From contig CAWETW010000004.1 in NCBI GenBank assembly GCA_963812155.1, forward strand, positions 1 through 64,000: a stretch of DNA of 64,000 nt, given 5' to 3'. The notes below the pieces were generated by a model, which was not told the origin of the DNA, searched no databases, and was given only the letters and a program-made list of their open reading frames with translations. The DNA comes from Vulcanimicrobiota bacterium. Lineage in GTDB: Bacteria > Vulcanimicrobiota > Vulcanimicrobiia > Vulcanimicrobiales > Vulcanimicrobiaceae. Shown piece by piece: positions 52,465 to 64,000 of this stretch. The position numbers and the translations under genes were made by a program. The number at the start of each line of letters is the position of its first letter. The first letter of the stretch is position 1.

Positions 52465-54460
52465 GCGGTCGCTCCGACGGCTTGCGGTGCGGGCTCGCTG
52501 TCGCGCAGCGCAGATAGCGTGGGATCGTGCCGCCACGTCCCTCCGCCCGAAAGAATCGCGGCCGGCGGCGCAGCGTTCGCCGGCGTTTCGCCGTCGTCGA
52601 AGCGCTCGTCGCCGAAGGCGATCCCTTCGGGAATGCGCGCGGCATTGCCGACCACCGCGGCGTCGAGCGCGCCGGCGGCCGGCAACGCGACGTCGAACCG
52701 TTCGGCGAGTCCGACGATCATCTCGAAATCGGAGAGCGTACCATCGGGCGCTTCGAGCGCGGCGTCGACCGGAAGCAGATCGCCGGCGAGATTGAGGATC
52801 GTCCCGCTTTTCTCGAACGCACCTTTGGCCGGAAGCACGAGCGTCGCCAGCGACGCCGTTTCCGTCAGGAAGAGATCGCTGACCACGAGGAACGGGATCT
52901 TTGCAAGCGCGTTCGCCACGGCGCTCCCGTCCGGCGCGTTGCGCACCGGATTCGCGCCGAAGATCGAGAGCGCCGACAGCTCGCCGCGGTCGGCGGCGGC
53001 AAACATCGCCCGGGCGTCGTTGCCAGGGGGTCCGCGGCTGCGTAGCCCGGACCGAAAGCAGGCAGCATGCCCATCGCTTCGGCGCCGCGCGCGTTGCCTT
53101 GTTCGCTCGCAATGTACGTCGAAAACTCCGCGAAGCCGGCAAGCGCGCCGGCAAAGGCGCGCGCGGAAGCCGAATCGATGCCGTCCCACAGCAGCGCGAC
53201 GCGGCTTGCATCCTTCGGGATCGCGGCCCGCGCGTCGGCAGGCGAGTTCGCGCGAACGACGACCGCGCCGGCGTGCAGCGCCGCTTTGCGGACGCGCAGC
53301 CACATCACCGGCGCGCGCTCTTCGATCGCGTCGCCCGCCAATGACGATCGCTTGCGCGCGCTCGATCGCGGCGAGCGCGCCACCCTTCGGGCCGGGCGTC
53401 GCCTGACGCTGGCGCCCGGCGCGCCAATCGAGATTCGTCACGCCGATCGCGCGGAACAGGTGCTGCAGCACGTACGCTTCTTCGTTGGTCAGCCGGCCGC
53501 CGCCGATCGCGCCGGCGCTTGCGGCGCCGCTGCGGCGTCGCACCGCGCAATCGCCTTTGCCCACAGCGCGAATGCGTCGTCCCAGCCGATCTGCACGAAT
53601 CCGCCGCCCTTGCGCAGCAGCGGCTGCGTCAGCCGATCCGGCGAGGCGTAGAAGCCGATGTTGTAGCGCCCGCGATCGCAGAGCCAGCCGTCGGAGATCG
53701 CGTCGTCGTGTTCGACCGACATGCGTGCGCAGCAGCGTCCCGTAGCGCACGTCCGACGTACTGCCTGACATCCGACCGCGCACTGCGTGCAGCTCGTCTG
53801 CGTGCGGTCGAGATCCCACGGGCGCGACTTGAAGCGGTACGTCTTCGACGTGAGCGCACCGACCGGACAGAGCTCGGTGACGTTGCCGGTAAAGTTGTGG
53901 TGGTACGGATCGTCGGTTGCGGTCGCGATGATGTCGTGTACGCCGCGATCCTTGACGACGAGCTGCTTTTCGCCGGCGATGATGTCGTCGAAGCGCACGC
54001 AGCGCTGACAGACGACGCAGCGCTCTTCGTCGAGCACGATCGTCGGCCCGAGATCGACGGCCTTCGGCTTGCGCGTCTTCGGATCGACGACGTCCGAGTC
54101 GCCGCGCGCGTAGGCCATCGCGTAGTCTTGCAGGTCGCATTCGCCGCCCTTGTCGCAGATCGGACAGTCGAGCGGGTGATTGACGAGCAGCAGTTCGAGA
54201 ATCATCGCGCGTCCGGCTTCGACCGCTCGCTCCGCGTGTGCACGACCATGCCTTCCGCTGCCGGCGTATTGCAGGCGATCTGCAGCTTCGGCATGCCTTC
54301 GATTTCGACCAAGCAGACGCGGCAGAGGCCGGCCGGCCCGAGCTTGGTGTGATAGCAGTAGACCGGAATCTCTTGCTTGACGCTCTTCGCCGCCTCCACG
54401 AGCAACGTGCCCTTCGGCACGGCAGACGGGAACGCCGTCGATCGTAAGGTTGACGTTCAT
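52461..54460 (-). CDS. nuoG: NADH-quinone oxidoreductase subunit G (indels)
   Basis: [44 protein letters not shown]. Confidence 0.88.
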
Positions 54461-55733
54461 GCCGTCACCATTTGCCGCAACGTGCGGGAACGCGGTCTTT
54501 GAACTGCTGCGGAAAGCGCAGCAAGACCGACTTCAGGAACGGTTCGATCGAGTCGCCGAGCGCGCAGAGATTCAAACCGGTGATCGTTCGCGGACACGCG
54601 CAACATCATGTCGTAGTCGCCCGCAACGCCGCGGCCGTCGACCAGACGCTCGAGCACGCGTTCGAGCCAGTGGCCGCCTTCGCGACACGGCGTGCACTGA
54701 CCGCACGACTCGTGCGCGAAGAAGCGCACCAAGTTATGCGCCGCTTTCACGAAGTCGGTCGTGTCGTCGAAGACGACGAACGCGCCCGAACCGAGCATCG
54801 AACCGGCCTTCGCCATGCTCTCGTAGTCGTACGGCAAGATCGAGGTGTTCCTCGAAGATGCAGGCCGACGAACCGCCGCCCGGCTGCACCGCCATGAACG
54901 TGCGGCCCGGAGCGCAGACCGCCCGCCAGATCTCGATGAGTTCGCGCACGGTCGTGCCGAGCGGAACTTCGTAGTTGCCGGGCTTCTGCACGTGCCCCGA
55001 AACCGAGACGATCTTGTAGCCTTTGCTGCGCTCGGTGCCGACCGCTGCGAACCACTCGGCGCCGCGCTCGAGAATCGGCACGAGATACGCCAGCGTTTCG
55101 ACGTTGTTCACGACGGTCGGCTCACCGTAGAGGCCTTCGATCGCCGGGAACGGCGGTTTCAGACGCGGCTCGCCGCGTTTGCCTTCGAGCGAATTGAGCA
55201 ACCCGGTCTCTTCACCGCAGATGTAGGCGCCGGCGCCGCGATGGACGGTCACCTCGATATCGAAGTCGCTGCCGAAGATGTTCTTGCCGACGAGACCGGC
55301 CGCGCGCGCCTGCTCGAGCGCGGCGCATAAAGATCTCGTAGCCGCGTTTGAATTCGCCGCGAATGTAGATGAATGCGTGATGGCAGCCGATGCCGTACGC
55401 GCCGAGCAGCATGCCCTCGAGCACCAGATGCGGCGTCTCTTCGAGCAGCATGTGATCCTTGAACGTGCCGGGCTCGGCTTCGTCGCAGTTGCAGACGAGG
55501 TAACGCAGGTCTTTGTCGGTCGGCAAGAACGACCACTTGCGCCCGGTCGGGAAACCGGCGCCGCCGCGGCCGCGCAAACCGGATTTATCCGCGCAGATCC
55601 AACACGTCGGCCGGCTGCAGCTCGCGAACCGCGCGTTCCCACTGCGCGGTATCCGCCACGTTGGCGATACACGTCGATGTCGCGCAGATTCGGCTTCGCC
55701 GATTCCGGCGGTGAAAACCTTAGTGACCGGCAT
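54457..55733 (-). CDS. nuoF: NADH-quinone oxidoreductase subunit F (indels)
   Basis: [44 protein letters not shown]. Confidence 0.92.
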
Positions 55734-55744
55734 GGCCGTTCTCC

Positions 55745-56506
55745 CGCTTCGTCCGACCACGTCGACGACCGCGCGCGAATCGTGCACGGCACGCTCCCGC
55801 GTGCGCGCGTGAAGAAGACGTCGCGCGTTGACGATGCGGTCGAGCATGATCACGCCGCTCGGTCGCCGACGCCGCCGGCGTTGTTCGGGTTCGAGACGCC
55901 GATCGCGCCCGGCGATTTGCGGCCGGTCCCACTTGCTCGTCTTGGCGGACTTCCCACGTGCGTCCGGGCGTCGTCGGTTTGCACCAGCGGCTTCGACGTC
56001 GTACGTGCCGGCGCGCATCGCGATCGAGCATCTCGTCGATCATCGCCGGCGTGAGGTCGTAGACGAACTCCAGGTTCACCTGCATGCACGGCGCGCGGTC
56101 GCACGCCGCCAGACACTCGACTTCTTCGTACGAGAACAGTCCGTCGTCGGTCGTTTCGAGGTGACCGACGCCGAGCTTCTCGCGAAAGTACGCCATGATG
56201 TCTTCGGCGCCGTTGATCGCGCACGAGAGCCCGCGGCAGACTTGCAGCATGTACTTGCCGACCGGCCGGCGGAAGAACAGCGTGTAGAACGAGACCGTCG
56301 ACTCGACGACGGCCGGCGTAAGGTCGAGCAGTTCCGCATGCCGCAACGCGCATCGGCGCTGACGTAGCCTTCGTGCTGCTTGAAAGAGGTGCACCGAGCA
56401 TCAGCAGCGCCGAGCGCTTGTGCTCGTACTGCGCGATAATCCGCGTCACACTCCGGCCGCAGCCGTTCGAACAGCGACGGAAAGTCGCGCGTCGCGGCGC
56501 CCGTGC

Positions 56507-56508
<2 letters not shown>
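55745..56508 (-). CDS. nuoE: NADH-quinone oxidoreductase subunit E (indels; ends approximate)
   Basis: [24 protein letters not shown]. Confidence 0.85.
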
Positions 56509-57722
<1,214 letters not shown>

Positions 57723-57726
<4 letters not shown>

Positions 57727-58341
57727 CGTCACTTTCCGCTGCCCTCGCGAACGCGCTTGACTTGATCTTGCAGCGCTTCGAGCGTGCGGCCCGACGGCGG
57801 CGTGCCGGCGCGCACGTTGCTCTTGAGCGCGAACGCCGGTCGCGGCGCGCGCTCGCGCGCCGGGCCGCGCAGCGGGATAATCCTTGCGCAGCGGATGGCC
57901 TTCCCAGTCGTAGGGCATTTGAATGCGGCGCAGGTCGGCGTGACCGTCGAAGACGATGCCGAAAAGATCGAAGATTTCGCGCTCGGCCCAATCGGCGGAT
58001 TTGCCACAAGATCGATGACGCTCGGCAAATGCGGCGGATCGCCTTCGACGCCGCACAAGCACGCGCACGCGCGCCGGCGTACCCGATCTCGGCGACGCTC
58101 GCCGGCTTTGGGCGCGAGCTTCAAAAGATGATAGACGACGTCGAAGCGCGGCTCGCGCTCCAAGATAGTCGACGGCGCCGAGGTCGAGCAGCATCGCGAA
58201 GCCGTCGTCCTTGAGCGCCGCCAGACGCGCTCGAAGCGCCGACGGCTCGACGCGCTCGATGATGGCATCGTCGATCGCCGGCCGCAGGCTCGGCGGATCG
58301 ATCGCGGCGCCCGCAATCGGCGGCGTTTGCGTACTGGGCAT
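57723..58341 (-). CDS. nuoC: NADH-quinone oxidoreductase subunit C (indels)
   Basis: [28 protein letters not shown]. Confidence 0.88.
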
Positions 58342-58354
58342 TGCTGTTATCTCT

Positions 58355-58834
58355 CTACGACCGGGCCAAGATGCCGCCGCGGCCGCCTTCGCGGATCTGC
58401 TGTTGAATCAGGTTGACGGCGTAGAGCAACCCGTCGGGCGTCGGCGGACAGCCCGGCACGTAGACGTCGACGGGAATGATCGTGTCGATGCCTTGAACGA
58501 TGGCGTAGTTGTCGAAGATGCCGCCCGAACTGGCGCAGGCGCCCATCGAGATCACCCACTTCGGATCGGCCATCTGGTCGTAGAGCCGCTTGACGACCGG
58601 CGCCATCTTCTGGGCGACGCGTCCCGAGACGATCATGAGATCCGCCTGACGCGGCGAACTGCGAAATACTTCGGACCCCAGACGCGCGATGTCGTACTCG
58701 GCCGACGTCACCGTCATCATCTCGATGGCGCAGCACGCGAGCCCCATCGTCAGCGGCCAGACCGACGAACTCTGCGCCCAGCGCGCGACGTCGTCGAGTT
58801 TGGCGAGCATGAACTGACCCGGCCCTGCGCTCAT
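58355..58834 (-). CDS. nuoB: NADH-quinone oxidoreductase subunit B
   Basis: [26 protein letters not shown]. Confidence 0.95.
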   Translation of the reverse strand: MSAGPGQFMLAKLDDVARWAQSSSVWPLTMGLACCAIEMMTVTSAEYDIARLGSEVFRSSPRQADLMIVSGRVAQKMAPVVKRLYDQMADPKWVISMGACASSGGIFDNYAIVQGIDTIIPVDVYVPGCPPTPDGLLYAVNLIQQQIREGGRGGILARS

Positions 58835-58838
58835 CGCG

Positions 58839-59192
58839 TCACCGCCATGCGAAGCCGCCCTTCTTCCACACGTAGGCATATCCAATTGCGAGCACGATGA
58901 TGAAGACGACCATTTCGACCAGTCCGAAAACGCGCAGCGCGTGCATCTGCACGGCCCACGGATAGAACGATGCCGCTTCGACGTCGAAGATCACGAACAG
59001 CATCGCGATGAGATAGAACCGCACCGGAAAGCGACCGGAAACCGCGGACGTCGGTTCGACGCCGCATTCGTAGGCTTCGAGCTTTTGCGGATTGGGTTTG
59101 CGCCGCTGCAGCAGACCGGGCAGCACCGTGAAGAGCACGGCTGCCGCGAACGCGACGCAGAGATAGATCGCAACGGGACCGTACGGGTTCAT
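58839..59192 (-). CDS. nuoA: NADH-quinone oxidoreductase subunit A
   Basis: [22 protein letters not shown]. Confidence 0.95.
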   Translation of the reverse strand: MNPYGPVAIYLCVAFAAAVLFTVLPGLLQRRKPNPQKLEAYECGVEPTSAVSGRFPVRFYLIAMLFVIFDVEAASFYPWAVQMHALRVFGLVEMVVFIIVLAIGYAYVWKKGGFAWR

Positions 59193-59216
59193 GGCTTGTG
59201 ACACTTTTCACAAGCC
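59193..59216. promoter_or_regulatory. Rex-type (or CRP/FNR-family) operator palindrome at the nuoA start
   Basis: GGCTTGTGA-CACTTT-TCACAAGCC; one mismatch to TTGTGAA-N4-TTCACAA. Confidence 0.75.
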
Positions 59217-59293
59217 TCGTCCGGGAACCTGGGACCGCCTCGCGACGGCGGCCAGGCAGGCCGTTACCCGGTACGCTCCCAAATCCCGCACGT

Positions 59294-60490
59294 GTGGAAC
59301 GAAGGGACTTCTTACTCTCAGTAGGAGCGGCGGCTTTCACGTATCCGCTTCTCGGTGCGGCGCCGGCCATGCAGGACGCCGAGCCTTTGGGGCGCGCGCT
59401 GGTCCTGAGCGGCGGAGGCGCGCGGGGAGCGTACGAGGCGGGCATTATCAACGCGTTGGCTGCCGCGGGTCACGTGGCGGACGGCACCGCGCTCGCCCCC
59501 TACGAACTGGTCTGCGGCACCTCGATCGGCGCCTTGAACGGATGGTTCGTCGCGACCGGACAGTACGCGAAGCTGCACGATCTGTGGTATGGCATCAGCG
59601 GGCAACAGCTTATTCGCCCGAAGCAGCAGTATCAAGCCGTGCGCGATCCGCAGAGCGGCCTGTTCAATCGGGCTGCGTCCGCCGTGAGCCTCATGGGTCT
59701 CACGAAAAACCAAAAAGGTGTTCTGCAAAACGAGCCCGTGTACGACTGGATCGTCAGCAACGTCGATGCAAAGACGCCGCTGGTGATGCCGCTGGTCTGG
59801 GCAGTGACCAACCTGGATCGGCAGCGTCCCGAATACTTCTACGTGCGCCCCGCCGGCAGCGGCGACCGATTGCCCGAGCGCGTGGTGCACGCCCTGCAGT
59901 TGACGCTCGGACCGCACACGGTCGTGCGCGAAGCGACGCCCGACATTCTCCACCGCGCCATCTTTGCGTCGGCCGCGATTCCGATCGCCTTCGACCCGGT
60001 GATCATGCCGGGTACCGACGGGCACGACGCATCGTATTGCGACGGCGGCGTCGCCAGCAACTCGCCCGTCGGCATCGCGCACTCGGTCGCCAAAGCGGCC
60101 GACGTCGTGCTGCTCGACCCGGAACTCGACGGGGACGAAGACTACAAGGATGCCATCGAGATCGCTTTCGGCGTCTTCGGAACGATGCAACGCAAGATTC
60201 TGGAAGTCGAAATGCGGAACACGTACTTCCAGTCGCAGGGCAAGCGTGCCCTCACAACCCTTACCCCCGAGGAGCGCGGACGCGCAGCGCAGGCGCTCGG
60301 CTCCACGGCCGGCTTTATGGAGTCGCTCGTCGAAACGAGCCTCCGATACATTCGGCCCGAGCAGACGCTTCCGTTGAGCGTCGCCGGATTTAACGACGAA
60401 GTCGGAATCGGCAAGGCGTACCGGATCGGATGGGAAGACGTCACGCTGCGTGGATTCAGGAATTACGACTGGCAAACGTTTCGACTGTAA
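59294..60490 (+). CDS. Tat-exported patatin-like phospholipase
   Basis: ERRDFLL twin-arginine motif; GGGARG, GTSIG, DGG. Confidence 0.88.
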   Translation: MERRDFLLSVGAAAFTYPLLGAAPAMQDAEPLGRALVLSGGGARGAYEAGIINALAAAGHVADGTALAPYELVCGTSIGALNGWFVATGQYAKLHDLWYGISGQQLIRPKQQYQAVRDPQSGLFNRAASAVSLMGLTKNQKGVLQNEPVYDWIVSNVDAKTPLVMPLVWAVTNLDRQRPEYFYVRPAGSGDRLPERVVHALQLTLGPHTVVREATPDILHRAIFASAAIPIAFDPVIMPGTDGHDASYCDGGVASNSPVGIAHSVAKAADVVLLDPELDGDEDYKDAIEIAFGVFGTMQRKILEVEMRNTYFQSQGKRALTTLTPEERGRAAQALGSTAGFMESLVETSLRYIRPEQTLPLSVAGFNDEVGIGKAYRIGWEDVTLRGFRNYDWQTFRL

Positions 60491-60506
60491 GCGTATAATG
60501 ACGTCG

Positions 60507-61019
60507 ATGCGGTATTTCGTGCTGGGAATGGTCGTGCTCTTCGCACTGGGCGACGGATGTTCGCCCTCGCCGGGCGTGGTCGGCGTGCAGGATTACGGAC
60601 AGGTCGTCGGCCGCGTTCTCGACGCGATGACGAATCGTCCGATTCCGGCCGCGATCGTTTCGGTCGGGTCGCTCTACACGACGTCGGCCGACGCGCGCGG
60701 CGCGTTCGTGTTGACCCGCGTCCCCGCCGGCGATCAAACGGTGACGGCGCGCGCTCCCGGCTATGCGCCCGCCGGCGGCGACGTGACGGTGCTCAAAGAT
60801 CGCTCGGAATCGGTCGGCTACGTCCGGCTCGTGCCGCTCGTTCACGCCGCCGGTCAAGCGACGCTCGCACCCCCGCCGACCCCCACGCCGGCTCCGGTGC
60901 CGACCGCCGAAGTTCCGGCCCCGGGCGCGAGTCCCGGCGCAAGCACGATGCCTCCAACGACTGCGCCGGCGGGGCCGAGCGTTCCGCCTGCAGCACCGAG
61001 CGCGACCCCGTCGGCTTAG
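60507..61019 (+). CDS. Lipoprotein with carboxypeptidase-regulatory-like domain and Pro/Thr tail
   Basis: Hydrophobic leader ending GC; GRVLDA..PI..A.V, DARGAF, PAG...V.ARAPGY. Confidence 0.75.
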   Translation: MRYFVLGMVVLFALGDGCSPSPGVVGVQDYGQVVGRVLDAMTNRPIPAAIVSVGSLYTTSADARGAFVLTRVPAGDQTVTARAPGYAPAGGDVTVLKDRSESVGYVRLVPLVHAAGQATLAPPPTPTPAPVPTAEVPAPGASPGASTMPPTTAPAGPSVPPAAPSATPSA

Positions 61020-61028
61020 GACGTGCGC

Positions 61029-62618
61029 TTAACTTAAACGCAGCGCCGCGAGGTCGAGGTCGTACTCGATCGAGCGAAAAATATCGTCGGGAATTTCGCC
61101 GGCCCCGCGCATCTGCGTAATCGTCCGGCGTTCCGCATCGAGCGCCGCCTTCTGCAACCGTCGATCGACGCGACTCTCGTTTTCGAACTGCTTCTCGTCC
61201 TTTTCGGCTTTGCCGCGCAACACGGCGATTCGATGCTCGTACTCGTCGATGATTCGTGCGACGATTTCGAGGTTGGATCCGTCGTCGTGACGGCGCTGCT
61301 CGTCGCGCATTCGCACGATGCCGGATTCGAGCGCGCGAATACGCAACCGCGCCTCGCGCCGCTGGCCTTTGCTCGTTTCTGTGAGCCCGAGCCATTCGAT
61401 CAGCGGACGCAGCGTCAAGCCCTGCAGCACCAGCGTGACGAACACGACGCACACGGTGAAAAATACCGTCGCGCCTCGCTGCGGGAAGGGCTGGTCGCCG
61501 AGCGTGTACGGCAACGCGAGCGCGGCGGCGAGCGAGACGATGCCGCGCATTCCCGACCAGCCGATGACGGCGATTGCGCGCCACGACGGGTTCGGATCGC
61601 GCTCGCGAAGACGCTTGCTGAAGACGCGCGGCAAGTACGTCGCCGGAAAGACCCAGACGAGGCGCACGACGATGACGAGCACGACGATCATCAAACCGTA
61701 CAGCGCGTAATCGCGAACGTGAGGCTCGAGTTCGCCGACGATTGCGGGCAACTGCAGGCCGATGAGCAGAAATGCGAACGCATTGAGGACGTAGGTCAGC
61801 ACGCGCCAGACCGACGATCCGACTAAGCGCGTCTCGGAATCGATGAAGAGTCGCGATCGCCAGCTCAGCACGATTCCCGAGGTTACCGCCGCGAGGACGC
61901 CGGAGACCTTGAGTTCGTCGGCCGGTAAATAAGCGGCGAACGGCGCGAGCAGAAATAGGACGCTCGCAATCGTCGGGTCGTCGAAGCCGTGCCGCTGCAA
62001 ATAGCGGAGTACGCCCTCGAGAACGAGCGCGACGGCGACGCCGATCAGCACGCCGCCGACGGCAACCACTGCAACGGCCACGGAGGCCCGGGCCAAGGAG
62101 AACGCGCCCGAGACGAGCGCCACGAGTGCGAAACGATAGAGCACGAGCGCGGTCGCGTCGTTCACCAGACACTCGCCTAAGATGATGGCCGCGATGCGCC
62201 GCGGGACAGGAATGCGTTCGAAGATCGCTTCGGCCGCGACGGCGTCGGGCGGCGAGACGATCGCTCCAAGCGTAAATGCGAGCGGCCATCCGAATCCGGG
62301 AATGACCGCGTGCACGGTCACGGCGACCACGACGGTCGTGAAGACGACTAAGCCGAAGGCCAGCAGGGAGATCGGGCGCCAGTTCCGCCTGAGTTCGATC
62401 CAGTCGGTCGCCCACGCCGCGCTGTAGAGCAGCGGCGGCAGCACGATCAGCAGCACGATGTCGGGATCGAAATGCGGATGCGGGAGATGGCGTGCGAACG
62501 CGAGCGCGATGCCGCCGACGACGAACGAAATCGGATACGGGACGTTCAACCGTTTTGCTGCCACGCTCAGCACGATGACCGCGCTGAGAAACGTGACGAG
62601 AATCAGCGCGTCGTTCAT
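61029..62618 (-). CDS. Na+/H+ antiporter, CPA1 family
   Basis: LPPLLY, SPPDAVA, GECLVNDA, GMRGIVSLAAAL. Confidence 0.92.
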   Translation of the reverse strand: MNDALILVTFLSAVIVLSVAAKRLNVPYPISFVVGGIALAFARHLPHPHFDPDIVLLIVLPPLLYSAAWATDWIELRRNWRPISLLAFGLVVFTTVVVAVTVHAVIPGFGWPLAFTLGAIVSPPDAVAAEAIFERIPVPRRIAAIILGECLVNDATALVLYRFALVALVSGAFSLARASVAVAVVAVGGVLIGVAVALVLEGVLRYLQRHGFDDPTIASVLFLLAPFAAYLPADELKVSGVLAAVTSGIVLSWRSRLFIDSETRLVGSSVWRVLTYVLNAFAFLLIGLQLPAIVGELEPHVRDYALYGLMIVVLVIVVRLVWVFPATYLPRVFSKRLRERDPNPSWRAIAVIGWSGMRGIVSLAAALALPYTLGDQPFPQRGATVFFTVCVVFVTLVLQGLTLRPLIEWLGLTETSKGQRREARLRIRALESGIVRMRDEQRRHDDGSNLEIVARIIDEYEHRIAVLRGKAEKDEKQFENESRVDRRLQKAALDAERRTITQMRGAGEIPDDIFRSIEYDLDLAALRLS

Positions 62619-62704
62619 CTGCCTGCGTGTGCTGCGGTTTTCATCGCGCGCCGCTATTTCGTCACTGGGCGGCTTCGCGCCCCGCTTCGTCGAATCGGAA
62701 CGGC

Positions 62705-63778
62705 GTGGTGGCCAACGGTCTGAGCGTCGCCGCCGGCGTGGCGCTCGTCTTGCTGACGATGAACGACGTCTTCCAGTCGGTCATCGTTCCGCGCGCGGTC
62801 GGACGCCGTTGGCGCGTGAGTTTCTACGCCTGGCGCTGGGCTTGGCGCGCGTGGCCGCCGCTCACCTGGAAGCTCGGGCGCTACGACGCAGAGCGTCGCG
62901 AAGATCTGCTCGCGTATTTCGCGCCGGGCATGTTGGTCGGACTGATTGCGCTGTGGGGCGTGCTGCTGGTATTTGGATTCGGCGCAATCATGTGGGGCCT
63001 TCGCGGAGGCCTCGCGCCGCAAGTTCATTCGTTCTGGGCCGCCGCGTATTTCGCGGGCACGGCCCTCACGACGATCGGGTTCGGCGACATCGCGGGCCGC
63101 ACCGCGGGGACGCGCTTCTTCTCGGTCGTCGCCGGAGCGACGGGGTTGGGTTTCTTCGCCGTCCTCACCGCGTATTTGTTCGCGCTGATCGGCTCGTTTC
63201 AAGCCCGCGAAACCTTCATCGTGATGCTCGGCGCGCGTACCGGCACGCCGCCGAGCGGCGTCGATTTGCTCGCGGTTGCCGGCTATTCGCAGACGGCCGG
63301 CGATCTCGAGCGCATCTTCGTCGACGCGCAGCGCTGGACGGCACAGCTGATGGAGAGCCATCTTGCCTATCCGGTGCTCTCCTACTTTCGCTCGAGTCAC
63401 GACTATCAATCGTGGGTCGGAACGCTCGGCACGCTGCTCGATGCGGCAACGTTGCTGATCACGACGGTCGAAGGCGCGCGCGGGGGAGAAGCCCGCATCT
63501 TCTACAACATCGGACGCCACGCAACGCACGATCTATCGCGCTACATTCTCGTTGTGCCCGAAGGGCCGCACAGCGGCCTCGAGCGCACCGAGTTCGATGC
63601 CGCCTGCGAGCGGCTCTCGCACGCAGGGCTGCCGTTGCGCGAGCGTGACGATGCATGGCAGCGCTTTTCGTCGATGCGCGCGGGCTACGCGCCGCACCTC
63701 AACGCGCTCGCGCGCTTCTTTGAAATCCCTCCGCTGCAATGGGTCGGCGACCGCGGCCCCGTAACCGGGCCGCACTAG
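62705..63778 (+). CDS. Potassium channel family protein
   Basis: Filter TTIGFGD; ESHLAYPVLSYFRS. Confidence 0.85.
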   Translation: MVANGLSVAAGVALVLLTMNDVFQSVIVPRAVGRRWRVSFYAWRWAWRAWPPLTWKLGRYDAERREDLLAYFAPGMLVGLIALWGVLLVFGFGAIMWGLRGGLAPQVHSFWAAAYFAGTALTTIGFGDIAGRTAGTRFFSVVAGATGLGFFAVLTAYLFALIGSFQARETFIVMLGARTGTPPSGVDLLAVAGYSQTAGDLERIFVDAQRWTAQLMESHLAYPVLSYFRSSHDYQSWVGTLGTLLDAATLLITTVEGARGGEARIFYNIGRHATHDLSRYILVVPEGPHSGLERTEFDAACERLSHAGLPLRERDDAWQRFSSMRAGYAPHLNALARFFEIPPLQWVGDRGPVTGPH

Positions 63779-63785
63779 GGAACTC

Positions 63786-64000
63786 CTAGAATCCGTGGGT
63801 GGCGTCGGCCTTGTGGAGAAATTTTTTGGCGTCGTCGATAGGAACGCCGAAGCCGATGCTCGGTTCGGATTCGAAACGTGAGTCGGCGAGTCCGAAAATT
63901 TCGCCCGTATCCGTAAAGAAGAGCGGCCCGCCGCTGTCGCCGGGAACGATTGACGTCGTGACCTCGAGCGCATCCTTGCGAATCGACGAAAGGAGCCCGG
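63786..64000 (-). CDS. C-terminus of a trypsin-like serine protease (partial, one indel)
   Basis: IVPGDSGGPL...IGFGVPI...HGF-stop. Confidence 0.75.
   Translation of the reverse strand, partial: GLLSSIRKDALEVTTSIVPGDSGGPLFFTDTGEIFGLADSRFESEPSIGFGVPIDDAKKFLHKADATHGF

Overview
High-GC bacterial chromosomal window. The lipobox/beta-propeller lipoproteins, Cys-rich TonB-dependent receptor and gene repertoire suggest Ca. Eremiobacterota/Vulcanimicrobiota (inference only). The sequence looks like an incompletely polished long-read assembly: single-base indels cluster in patches (about 1-7, 27.5-28, 34.7-41 and 48.9-58.2 kb) and break even essential genes. The left ~20 kb is accessory-like. It holds a di-heme cytochrome c protein, an alpha/beta-hydrolase lipoprotein, a TonB-dependent receptor flanked by three beta-propeller lipoproteins, an HPP protein, a ceruloplasmin-like two-domain multicopper oxidase, a head-to-head pair of secreted paralogs and a Pro/Met-rich peptide. 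The middle carries a serine hydrolase, NiCoT, S53 peptidase, an alkyltransferase-like protein, phospholipase C, an MFS-acyltransferase fusion, kynA-kynU-MATE, an inositol monophosphatase, an MgtE-domain/NRAMP-like pair, PucR with a divergent glutamine-synthetase-like gene, an aromatic amino acid decarboxylase, AKR, RidA, a TPR protein and a DEAD-box helicase. The right part has a complete nuoA-N operon (minus strand) with a near-perfect Rex/CRP-type palindrome at its start, then a Tat-exported patatin, Na+/H+ antiporter, K+ channel and a partial trypsin-like protease. I saw no rRNA, tRNA, CRISPR array, transposase or integrase. No single clear-cut novel system stands out. The best candidates are the receptor-lipoprotein locus and the PucR/GS-like/decarboxylase cluster.
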